Assembly: GCA_052143575.1 (NCBI GenBank)
Contig: JBKQSP010000043.1
Span: 88,921-152,920, forward strand
Length of the DNA: 64,000 nt
Direction of reading: 5' to 3'
Origin: Acidimicrobiales bacterium
GTDB taxonomy: Bacteria; Actinomycetota; Acidimicrobiia; Acidimicrobiales; Bog-793
Below are positions 38,493 to 46,703 of this stretch, one piece after another. The position numbers and the translations under genes are program-made. The notes under the pieces were generated by a model that was not told the DNA's origin, searched no databases, and was given only the letters and a program-made list of their open reading frames with translations. The number at the start of each line of letters is the position of its first letter. The first letter of the stretch is position 1.

Positions 38493-39091
38493 GGCTCGGC
38501 ACGGTGAGCGACCCACTCGTCCCGGTAGGCGACGGTCACACCGAACTGTCCGAAGAGGACCGGGAAGGTCTCATCCCGACTTACATTGCGACTCGCGGTG
38601 ACCTCTTCGACGCCGAGCAGCGCAATATTTCGCGCGCGTTGCTCCGGTCCAGTCCGACGCCTGGCGAGCTCCTCCGGGATTTGTACTTACGCCGCCTGCA
38701 TCAGGCAATGTTCAACGAGGTCTGGAGATGGGCCGGCCACTACCGACTGAGAGAGACGAACATCGGCATCGATCCGACGTCCATCTCCATCGCCGTTCGT
38801 GCGCTCGTCGATGACGCCACGACGTGGGTCGAACTCAAGACCTACGAACCTGACGAACTCGCCGTCAGGTTTCATCATCGCTTGGTGCAGATCCACGCCT
38901 TTCCCAACGGCAACGGCCGGCACGGCCGGATCGCCGCTGATTACCTCGCAGCCGGCCTGGGACAACAACCCTTCGGGTGGGGTGCCGGCCTCGAGGTGGG
39001 CACCGGCGCGCTCCGCGCCGCCTACCGTCACGCGTTGCAGCTCGCCGACGCCGGCGACATCGCCGAACTCCTCGCCTTCTCCCGAAAGTGA
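38489..39091 (+). CDS. Mobile mystery protein B (Fic domain)
   Basis: HAFPNGNGRHGR Fic motif and MFNEVWRWAGHYR; overlaps the upstream stop. Confidence 0.9.
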   Translation: MRLGTVSDPLVPVGDGHTELSEEDREGLIPTYIATRGDLFDAEQRNISRALLRSSPTPGELLRDLYLRRLHQAMFNEVWRWAGHYRLRETNIGIDPTSISIAVRALVDDATTWVELKTYEPDELAVRFHHRLVQIHAFPNGNGRHGRIAADYLAAGLGQQPFGWGAGLEVGTGALRAAYRHALQLADAGDIAELLAFSRK

Positions 39092-39220
39092 CTCCACACG
39101 ATTGTCGGATGCCGCCACCAGGGGGCTCCAAGAAGCGAAGCGAAGACTCGCCTCACCGGCTGACGAAGGAGGTCACCGGAACCTAACGGCGGTCGTACCC
39201 TCCACCGCCGACCGGTTTGA

Positions 39221-39880
39221 TCAGCCTTCAGCCGTCGTCAACCCGACGGGACAAGCCACCCCGGTCCCTCCCAATCCGCAGTACCCATTTATGTTGCGCG
39301 CGAGGTACTGCTGGTGGTAGTCCTCCGCGTAGTAGAAGGGCCCCGCCTCGACGATCTCGGTCGTGATCTCGCGGTAGCCACGCGCCGACAGGGCTGCTTG
39401 GAAGCGGTCCCGCGAGACCTTGGCGGCCGCCAGCTGGGCATCGGAGTTCGTGTAGATCGCCGAGCGGTATTGCGTCCCGAGGTCGTTGCCCTGCCGCATG
39501 CCCTGTGTGGGGTCGTGGCTCTCCCAGAAGATGCGCAACAGCTCGTCGTAGCTCGTGACAGCCGGGTCGAAGGCGACGAGCACGACCTCGGCGTGGCCCG
39601 TCCGGGCCGTGCAGACCTCCTCGTAGGTGGGATTGGGTGTGTACCCGCCCGAGTAGCCGACAGCGGTCGTGTAGACACCATCCGCCTGCCAGAACTTGCG
39701 CTCGGCCCCCCAGAAGCAGCCGAGGCCGAAGATCGCCGTCTCCGTTCCCTCCGGGAACGGCGGCACGAGGGGGCGACCGAGCACCTCGTGGGTGCCGCTC
39801 ACGGGCATGGCTGTCGCCCTACCCGGCAACGCCTCCTCGTTCGCCACCATCTCCTGCTTGCCCGACCGAAAAAAGCCCAT
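39221..39880 (-). CDS. msrA: Peptide-methionine (S)-S-oxide reductase
   Basis: [23 protein letters not shown] and AEDYHQQY. Confidence 0.96.
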   Translation of the reverse strand: MGFFRSGKQEMVANEEALPGRATAMPVSGTHEVLGRPLVPPFPEGTETAIFGLGCFWGAERKFWQADGVYTTAVGYSGGYTPNPTYEEVCTARTGHAEVVLVAFDPAVTSYDELLRIFWESHDPTQGMRQGNDLGTQYRSAIYTNSDAQLAAAKVSRDRFQAALSARGYREITTEIVEAGPFYYAEDYHQQYLARNINGYCGLGGTGVACPVGLTTAEG

Positions 39881-39933
39881 GACGTCTCACCTTCACTCTC
39901 GTGTCCCCATCGGTCCCAACGCATACAGCCGCT

Positions 39934-40257
39934 TCAGGTGTTCCCGCTCTCGCCGTCGCCGCCCTCGTTCTCGCCTTCGGTGCCCGCCTCGGCCTCCTGG
40001 CGGTAGGAGAGCAAGAGCTCGACGAGACCGGCGCGGGTCTCGGGAGCGAGATCGTCCGGCTGCACGCTGCCGAGCAGGCCGATCGTCGCCCGCATCTGCC
40101 GCAAGTACTCGTCACACCCGTCACAGCCCGCCAGATGGCGCTCGAGGCGCGCACGTTGCCGTGCCGGCAGGGCGCCTTCGAGGTAGTCCGTCATGAGCGC
40201 GACGGCGTCGCGGCAGACGAGGTCTCGTCTCCACGCGCTCAGCAGCCGCACCATCAC
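39934..40257 (-). CDS. Zinc-finger (zf-HC2/ZAS) anti-sigma factor
   Basis: C...DYLEG.L...HLAGCDGC (HxxxCxxC); coupled to the sigma stop codon. Confidence 0.88.
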   Translation of the reverse strand: MMVRLLSAWRRDLVCRDAVALMTDYLEGALPARQRARLERHLAGCDGCDEYLRQMRATIGLLGSVQPDDLAPETRAGLVELLLSYRQEAEAGTEGENEGGDGESGNT

Positions 40258-40853
40258 GCCTCCCACTTCTTCACGTCGTCCTCGAGCATCGCCCGCACTC
40301 GAGAGCGCGCCCGGTGCAAGAGCACGCGCTGATTGCCCTCCGAGAGGCCCAGCAGCTCGCACACCTCGCTACTCGATAGTCCCTCGATGTCGCGCAGCGT
40401 TACCACCTGGCGCTGCGACGCCGGCAGCTCCGCCACGACCTCCCTGATCCTGGCAGCCATCTCAGGTGCAAGCAGCCGGTCCTCGATCTCGTCGGTCCAC
40501 ACGACCGGAGGCTCCCGCCACGAGCCATCGGAACCGAAACGGTCGGGCTCGGGGCCGTCGCCACTGTCGAGGGCGACCGAACGGGGCTCTCGGGCTCCTG
40601 TCGTGCGGGCGCGGTTCACGAGTATGCGGAAGATCCACGTCTTCAGCGAGGAGCGGCCCTCGAAGCGCGGGAGGCCCTTCACGACGCCGAGCCACGTGTC
40701 CTGCACCACCTCTTCAGCCACCGCCCGGCTCGGCACGAACGCCAAGGCGACCCGCACCATCGAGGCGTGGTACCGATCCACGAGCTCCGCGAAGGCGTGC
40801 TCATCGCCGGCGCGCAGCTCGTCGATCAGCTGCCTCTCGTCTGCGGCGCCCAC
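40254..40853 (-). CDS. ECF RNA polymerase sigma factor
   Basis: AEEVVQDTW, FEGRSSLKTWIFRI and NQRVLLHRAR. Confidence 0.92.
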   Translation of the reverse strand: MGAADERQLIDELRAGDEHAFAELVDRYHASMVRVALAFVPSRAVAEEVVQDTWLGVVKGLPRFEGRSSLKTWIFRILVNRARTTGAREPRSVALDSGDGPEPDRFGSDGSWREPPVVWTDEIEDRLLAPEMAARIREVVAELPASQRQVVTLRDIEGLSSSEVCELLGLSEGNQRVLLHRARSRVRAMLEDDVKKWEA

Positions 40854-40954
40854 AGCGCAAATCTACGGGGCGCGTAACGACCGGCGCCCGGCAGGGACTG
40901 CGGAGGTGCAACACGAAGCGTTCGAATGTCTCTCAACGGAAGGAAACCCGCCCC

Positions 40955-42163
40955 ATGCATCGGTCCCCCCGCGTCCCCCTGCGGACGCTGCTCGCCTCCG
41001 CCACGCTGGCGGGGCTTGCGGCCGCCGCCGTCCTAGCCCTGCCGGTCGCCGCCGGCGCCCAGACGAAGCCGGCCGTCCACACTGCAGCGCACGGCGGTAA
41101 GCGCCTCCACGACGAGGGGATCAGCAACGCCGTGTTCGTGCAGACGAATGACACGACCGGCAACCAGATCCTCGCCTACTCACGCTCGGCGAGCGGCACC
41201 CTCTCATTCGTGCATGCCTACAACACCCGCGGGCGCGGCGCCCGTACGGCCGGTTCGGTCGTCGACCCGCTCGCCTCGCAAGGCTCGCTCTACTACGACG
41301 CCGGCTCCGAGCTTCTCGTCGCCGTCAACGCCGGAAGCAACACGATCACGTCGTTCCACGTGAACGGCGACGTGCTCTCCCACCGCCGCGTCCTCTGGGC
41401 CGGCCAGCTCCCGGTGAGCATCACGTCGTACGGCTCGCTCGTCTACGTGCTCGACGCCGGATCCAGCGGGGCCGTGCGCGGCTTTCGCGACGACGGCTGG
41501 GGCCTGCGGCCGATCAGAGGCTCCGCTCGCTCGCTCGGGCTCAACCCGAGCCTGACGCCGCAGTACCTGAACACGCCGGGGCAGGTTGGTTTCACTCCTG
41601 ACGGCAGCCAGCTCGTGGTGACGACGAAGGACAACGGCAGCGACATCGACGTCTTCGGCGTCAGGCGGGACGGCAGGCTGACGGCCACCCCGGTCCAAAA
41701 CGCCTCCGCCGAGCCCATCCCCTTCGGCTTCGTGTTCGACCCTGCGGGCCATCTCGTCGTGACGGAAGCGGGCGGCGCCGACGTCTCTACCTACAGCCTC
41801 GCCGGCAACGGCGCGACGACGCTCATCTCCACCGTCGTCGACGGCCAGAAGGCTCCCTGCTGGATCGCTTCGGTCGACGGCTACTTCTTCGTGGCGAACG
41901 CCGGCAGCAATGACATCGCCGGCTACCAGGTGAGCAGCAGCGGTGTTGCTTCCCTCATCACGGCCGACGCCGGCATCGCCGGCACGACCGACGGCGGTCC
42001 GATCGACCTCGCCGGATCGTCGAACGGTCAGTTCCTCTACGTGGAGGCGGGTGGCACCGGAGCCGTCGACGAGTTCTCCGTCGACGCAAACGGCACGCTC
42101 AGCTCACTCGGCTCGATCACCGGCCTCTCCGGGACGGGCATCGAGGGCATCGTGGCCTCCTGA
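40955..42163 (+). CDS. Secreted lactonase-family 7-bladed beta-propeller protein
   Basis: Signal peptide; VNAGSNTI, QVGFTPDG, APCW and VANAGS repeats. Confidence 0.78.
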   Translation: MHRSPRVPLRTLLASATLAGLAAAAVLALPVAAGAQTKPAVHTAAHGGKRLHDEGISNAVFVQTNDTTGNQILAYSRSASGTLSFVHAYNTRGRGARTAGSVVDPLASQGSLYYDAGSELLVAVNAGSNTITSFHVNGDVLSHRRVLWAGQLPVSITSYGSLVYVLDAGSSGAVRGFRDDGWGLRPIRGSARSLGLNPSLTPQYLNTPGQVGFTPDGSQLVVTTKDNGSDIDVFGVRRDGRLTATPVQNASAEPIPFGFVFDPAGHLVVTEAGGADVSTYSLAGNGATTLISTVVDGQKAPCWIASVDGYFFVANAGSNDIAGYQVSSSGVASLITADAGIAGTTDGGPIDLAGSSNGQFLYVEAGGTGAVDEFSVDANGTLSSLGSITGLSGTGIEGIVAS

Positions 42164-42188
42164 CGGTCGGCGGTTCGTAAAAGCGCCG

Positions 42189-42227
42189 GAGAGCCGGCGT
42201 CGCCCTGCGAGGGGGACGCCGGCTCTC
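42189..42227. terminator. GC-rich hairpin between convergent genes
   Basis: Perfect 13-bp stem GAGAGCCGGCGTC...GACGCCGGCTCTC. Confidence 0.7.
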
Positions 42228-42257
42228 GGGCGCTCGAGCTGACGCCTCCGTCGACCC

Positions 42258-43352
42258 TCAGCCGCAGTGCGCCGTGTACGCGGCCGTGCCGGGCTGGCGG
42301 GCCTGTCCGGAGTTTGCGCTGACCTGCAGGCAGGCTTCGTTGACGGCGACGAACTCCGACGCCGGTATCTGCTTCAGCTGATCGACCTCCGTGTAGGTCC
42401 AGCGCGTGTCCGCCGTGCCTTGGAAGTACCAGTTGCTGCCGTTGTCGGCGAGGATGAGACCGTACGTCTTCATCGTGGTGATGACCGTCTGGCACATGGC
42501 GGCGCACACCCTGGACGAGAGGTGGAAGCTCGCCTTCAGGCGAAAGCGCGCCCCCATGGGCGGGCAGTCCTTGTCCGACACACCCGCCTCGTGGCGGGCC
42601 GGCCACAGATACGACTCCTGCGTGCACTGTGCCGTGAAGCGGATGGCATGGTCCATGGCGCCCGAACGCACCTCGTCGTAGTTGACGAGCCCGAGGAGGA
42701 TGGGCAGCCCGGCCGCATCGGCGGAGGTCCAGCCGGCCGGCCGCAGGGCATCGGACTCGAGGTTCCAGATGGCACCGGATCCGGCCGTCGACTTTCCGCC
42801 GGCGTGGTAGTAGGCGAGCCAGAGCTCGTACAGCGTGCAGGTGGACGGGTTGACCATGATGGCGTGGCGGTCACCGGAGGCGTTCTTGCCGCCCTCGATC
42901 GGCGTCGAGGACGAGAACGGGTAGGGACCCTTGTTGCTCTCGCTGGCGTACATGAACTTCACCTTGACGAGCGGCTGCTTGGGTTTCACGATCTGCCAGG
43001 GGATGCCGTAGGGAAGGCCCCCGGACGGCCCATAGTCAGGGTGGAGGTCCGTACCGGCGCTGTCCATGGACTTCAGCCACGTGGCGCTGTGGGAGTCGAC
43101 GGGCAGGCCGGTGATCGGGGTGTTCCAGACGTTGTCGGCCGGGAAGGCCGGGCATTTCGTACCCGGCAGCGTCACGCCCCGCGCCCCCGCCTCCCGAGCC
43201 GCCGTCTGCCGCCCGGAGGCGTCGTGAGCGGCCGTCGCTGTGGGGCGCCCCGTCGCCGCCAGCGCCGCTCCGCCGGTTCCCGCTACCACCGACGCACAGA
43301 CCATCGTTGCCACGACCGTGGCCATCCTGCGTGACAAAGAGCCGCCGCTCAT
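42258..43352 (-). CDS. Secreted hypothetical protein
   Basis: Signal peptide; conserved-looking FPADNVWNTPI, GDRHAI, SADAAGLPI.GLV.YDEV and DHAIRFT blocks. Confidence 0.75.
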   Translation of the reverse strand: MSGGSLSRRMATVVATMVCASVVAGTGGAALAATGRPTATAAHDASGRQTAAREAGARGVTLPGTKCPAFPADNVWNTPITGLPVDSHSATWLKSMDSAGTDLHPDYGPSGGLPYGIPWQIVKPKQPLVKVKFMYASESNKGPYPFSSSTPIEGGKNASGDRHAIMVNPSTCTLYELWLAYYHAGGKSTAGSGAIWNLESDALRPAGWTSADAAGLPILLGLVNYDEVRSGAMDHAIRFTAQCTQESYLWPARHEAGVSDKDCPPMGARFRLKASFHLSSRVCAAMCQTVITTMKTYGLILADNGSNWYFQGTADTRWTYTEVDQLKQIPASEFVAVNEACLQVSANSGQARQPGTAAYTAHCG

Positions 43353-43454
43353 CGTCTTCCTCCTCCGCCACCGCCCGAGAAAGCGGGCGAGACCAGCAAG
43401 CATACGTGCCGGGCTGTGGCATCATCGCCGTACGCCACCTGAGACGACGTACCC

Positions 43455-44225
43455 GTGAGCACACAGCCCGGCGCCTCCTTCGAGTGGGGTGCCAGCGGAG
43501 CCCGAGCGCTCGCCCCTTCCTGCGCAACGCTCGTCGTCGTCGACGTGCTCTCGTTCACGACCACCGTCTGCGTCGCCGCCGGCTTCGGCACCGAAGTGCT
43601 CCCGTGCGCAGACGAGCGCGCCGCCCGGCAACTGGCCGACGCGACGGGTGCCGAGCTGGCCGTCAGCCGCCACGAGGCCGACGAGCGCCGGCCCTGGTCG
43701 CTCTCGCCCGCCAGCTTGCTGACGGCGCCCCGCGTCGCCCGGCTCGTCGTGGCCTCGCCGAACGGCGGAGCCATCTCGGCAGCGGGTGCCGGACCCGGCA
43801 AGCCCGTGATCGCTGCCTGCCTCCGCAACGTCACGGCCGTCGTCACCTGGCTGCTCGGCCACGGTTTCGGTGAGGCCTCCCGCCCGGTCGCCGTCGTCGC
43901 GGCCGGGGAGCGATGGTCAGACGGCAGCCTGAGGCCGGCCATCGAGGATCTCTTCGGCGCCGGCCTCGTGCTTGCCGGCCTCGCCGAGGGCGGCGTCTCC
44001 ATCTCAGCGGAGGCGACGGTGGCCGCTCACTCGGTCGCAGGCCTCTCGCCCTTGCAGCTCGCCGACCTCGTGCGGGCGTCCACCTCGGGCGTCGAGCTCA
44101 AGGTGGCCGGTTACGGGGACGACGTCGAGATGGCCGTCGAGGGCGATGCCGACGCCGTGGTGCCGATGATGGCGGAGCCGTTGACGGGGTTTCGGGACGA
44201 GGTCGTGAGAGGAGAGCGAAGATGA
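43455..44225 (+). CDS. 2-phosphosulfolactate phosphatase (ComB) family
   Basis: VVVDVLSFTT, SLSP, SPNGG and AGERW.DGSLRPAIED. Confidence 0.85.
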   Translation: MSTQPGASFEWGASGARALAPSCATLVVVDVLSFTTTVCVAAGFGTEVLPCADERAARQLADATGAELAVSRHEADERRPWSLSPASLLTAPRVARLVVASPNGGAISAAGAGPGKPVIAACLRNVTAVVTWLLGHGFGEASRPVAVVAAGERWSDGSLRPAIEDLFGAGLVLAGLAEGGVSISAEATVAAHSVAGLSPLQLADLVRASTSGVELKVAGYGDDVEMAVEGDADAVVPMMAEPLTGFRDEVVRGERR

Positions 44226-44974
44226 GCGGACGGCTGGACGGCAAGGTGGCGCTCGTGACGGGCTCGGCGAGCGGGATCGGCGCCGCCGTGGCGCGTGCCC
44301 TCAGCGCCGACGGCGCCACCGTCGTCGTCAACTCGGCGCACTCGGTCGAGGCGGGCCGGGCCCTCGCCGACGAGCTGGGTGACGCCATCTATGTGCGAGC
44401 CGACATCTCCATCGAGCACGAGGCGCGCGAGCTCGTCGAGACGTCGGCACGACGAAACGGGCGCCTCGACATCCTCGTCAACAACGCCGGCGTCACCGTC
44501 AAGATCCCGCACAGCGAGCTCGACGAGGTGACGCCCGAAGTCTGGAAGAAGATCCTCGGCGTCAACGTCATCGGTACCTGGTCGGTGACAGCCGCCGCCG
44601 TTCCCTACCTGCACGCCGCCTCCCACCACCACGCCGGCGCCTCCGTCATCGTGAACGTGTCCTCCCTCGCCGGCAGCCGGCCGACAGGCTCGTCCATCCC
44701 CTATGGCGTTTCGAAGGCGGCCGTCGACCACATGACCCGCATGCTCGCCAACACGCTCGGTCCCGAGATCCGGGTGAACGCCGTCGCACCGGGGCTCGTC
44801 GACACCCCATGGACGGCCGACTGGGAGCTCGAGCGCGACTATGTGAGCGCGCACGCCCCCCTCAAGTCGATCGCGCAACCGGAGGACGTGGCCGAGGTCG
44901 TCATGGGGCTCGTCCACTCGCACCACGTCACTGGCGAGGTCGTCACCGTCGACGGGGGCTTCCACCTGCGCTGA
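44222..44974 (+). CDS. Short-chain dehydrogenase/reductase
   Basis: TGSASGIG, NNAG, YGVSK and VNAVAPG. Confidence 0.92.
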   Translation: MSGRLDGKVALVTGSASGIGAAVARALSADGATVVVNSAHSVEAGRALADELGDAIYVRADISIEHEARELVETSARRNGRLDILVNNAGVTVKIPHSELDEVTPEVWKKILGVNVIGTWSVTAAAVPYLHAASHHHAGASVIVNVSSLAGSRPTGSSIPYGVSKAAVDHMTRMLANTLGPEIRVNAVAPGLVDTPWTADWELERDYVSAHAPLKSIAQPEDVAEVVMGLVHSHHVTGEVVTVDGGFHLR

Positions 44975-44982
44975 GCTGGACC

Positions 44983-46038
44983 TCAAGCAAGCGAGTCGAG
45001 GCGAAGGAGCAACCACTCGAGCAGGAGCAGGTCGTTCACGTTGCGCGTGAGCCGCTCCGCCGCCTCACCGACGAGCTCGACGGCTCGCAGCGCCGTCGAC
45101 ATGGTGTGGGCCGGTGGCGATCCCTCCAGACGGCCCCGATAGACGCCGGCAAGGGTGGCGAGCCCGGCGCGCATCTCGTCGGTACGCACACGCCGTTGCT
45201 CGCGCCGGTGGCGGTCCTCGATGGCGGCCCGTCCCGGGATGGCCCGCTCCCCGAGACGCTCAGATTGCGCCGCCAGCTCCGCCAGCTCGGCGGCCTGGCG
45301 GGCCTTTACGGTCTCGACCCGCTCGCTGGCGGCGGCGACGAGCTCCTCAGCAAGGAGGACGACGGTCGCTCCCGTACCGTCGAGGCGGGACGGGAGGGAC
45401 CGCCAGCGGTCCAGCCGCTCGATGAAGCCCTCCTCGCTCACGAGGAGCCGGGCGCGGTCGAGGCGGCCGCCGGCGACGTCGGCGACGGCGGCCGCCGTGG
45501 CGGCGTCCGCCCCCTCGCGTACGAGCACGCTCACGATGTCGGCGCCAGCGAGAGGGTCGAAGTTCACCGTCACACATCGGCTGGCGATCGTGACGAGATC
45601 GGGCGGCACGTTCTCGGCGAGCACGAGCACGACAGTGGTGTCCGGCGGCTCCTCGATCGTCTTCAGGAGCACTGGCGCCGCCTGCTCGACGAGGTGGAAG
45701 TCCACGAGGATGAGCACCTGGAAGCGGGCCGCCCGCGGTGTCCGCAGCGCCAGTCGCACGACCTCCTGCGCCTCGGGCACCCGGATCGAGGCACCCTGGC
45801 GCTCGACGACGACGACGTCGGGGTGACGGCCGGCGAGCGCCTCGCTGCAGGCTTCGCACGTTCCGCAACCGCCGTCCGGGCAGGTGAGAGCGGCGGCAAA
45901 GGCGAGGGCGGCTTCACGTTTGCCCGTGCCGGGCGGGCCAAGGAACAGATAGGCGTGCACCGGAGAGGCGATGGACGCCTCGAGCTGCTGCACGGCCCGC
46001 GGCTGGCCGACGATGCGCTCGAGCACGGGGGTCGTCAC
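44983..46038 (-). CDS. holB: DNA polymerase III delta' subunit
   Basis: HAYLFLGPPGTGK, Zn cluster CGTCEAC, LLKTIEEPP and TIASRC; follows tmk. Confidence 0.88.
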   Translation of the reverse strand: MTTPVLERIVGQPRAVQQLEASIASPVHAYLFLGPPGTGKREAALAFAAALTCPDGGCGTCEACSEALAGRHPDVVVVERQGASIRVPEAQEVVRLALRTPRAARFQVLILVDFHLVEQAAPVLLKTIEEPPDTTVVLVLAENVPPDLVTIASRCVTVNFDPLAGADIVSVLVREGADAATAAAVADVAGGRLDRARLLVSEEGFIERLDRWRSLPSRLDGTGATVVLLAEELVAAASERVETVKARQAAELAELAAQSERLGERAIPGRAAIEDRHRREQRRVRTDEMRAGLATLAGVYRGRLEGSPPAHTMSTALRAVELVGEAAERLTRNVNDLLLLEWLLLRLDSLA

Positions 46039-46676
46039 GATGTCACCCCGTTGCCGAAGAGCCCGTCGACGGCGCCGCGCACGAGCCGGGCGACTTCGTC
46101 GACAGGACCGCTGCCGTCGACCACGACCCAGTGCCGTGGGTCGTCGCTCGCCAGCTGACGGAACCCTGCGGCCACCCGTGCATGAAACCCCTCCAGCTCC
46201 GACTCGATCCTGTCCGGAGGCGAGCCGCCCTCGGCACGACGGGCCGACCCGAGGGCGAGCGGGACGTCGAGAAGAACCGTGAGGTCCGGCCAGAGCTCGC
46301 CCGTGGCGAGGTCGCAGGCCGCCTTGACGGCGACAAGGGGAAGACCGCGCCCGAAGCCCTGGTAGGCAAGGGTCGAGCCAGAGAATCGGTCCACGACGAC
46401 GTCACGGCCGGCTTCGAGGGCGGGCCGGATGCGCTCAGCCACGTGCTGGGCACGGGCGGCCAGCAACAGCATGAGCTCGGTGCGGGCGTCGATGAGGGTG
46501 CCCTCGGCCGTGGACTCGGGATGGAGCAGCCACTGGCGGATGCGGTCGCCAAGGGCGGTGCCGCCGGGCTCGCGCGTGAGCTCGGCCCCGAGCGCCGTCG
46601 CCAACCGGCGCGCCTGGGTGGACTTGCCCGCCCCCTCGCCACCCTCGAAGGCGATGAGACGCCCGCGGCCGCTCAT
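46035..46676 (-). CDS. tmk: Thymidylate kinase
   Basis: FEGGEGAGKST, TREPGG and DRF..STLAYQG. Confidence 0.95.
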   Translation of the reverse strand: MSGRGRLIAFEGGEGAGKSTQARRLATALGAELTREPGGTALGDRIRQWLLHPESTAEGTLIDARTELMLLLAARAQHVAERIRPALEAGRDVVVDRFSGSTLAYQGFGRGLPLVAVKAACDLATGELWPDLTVLLDVPLALGSARRAEGGSPPDRIESELEGFHARVAAGFRQLASDDPRHWVVVDGSGPVDEVARLVRGAVDGLFGNGVTS

Positions 46677-46703
46677 TGTCGTCGCCCCGTCATCGCCCGC
46701 ACC

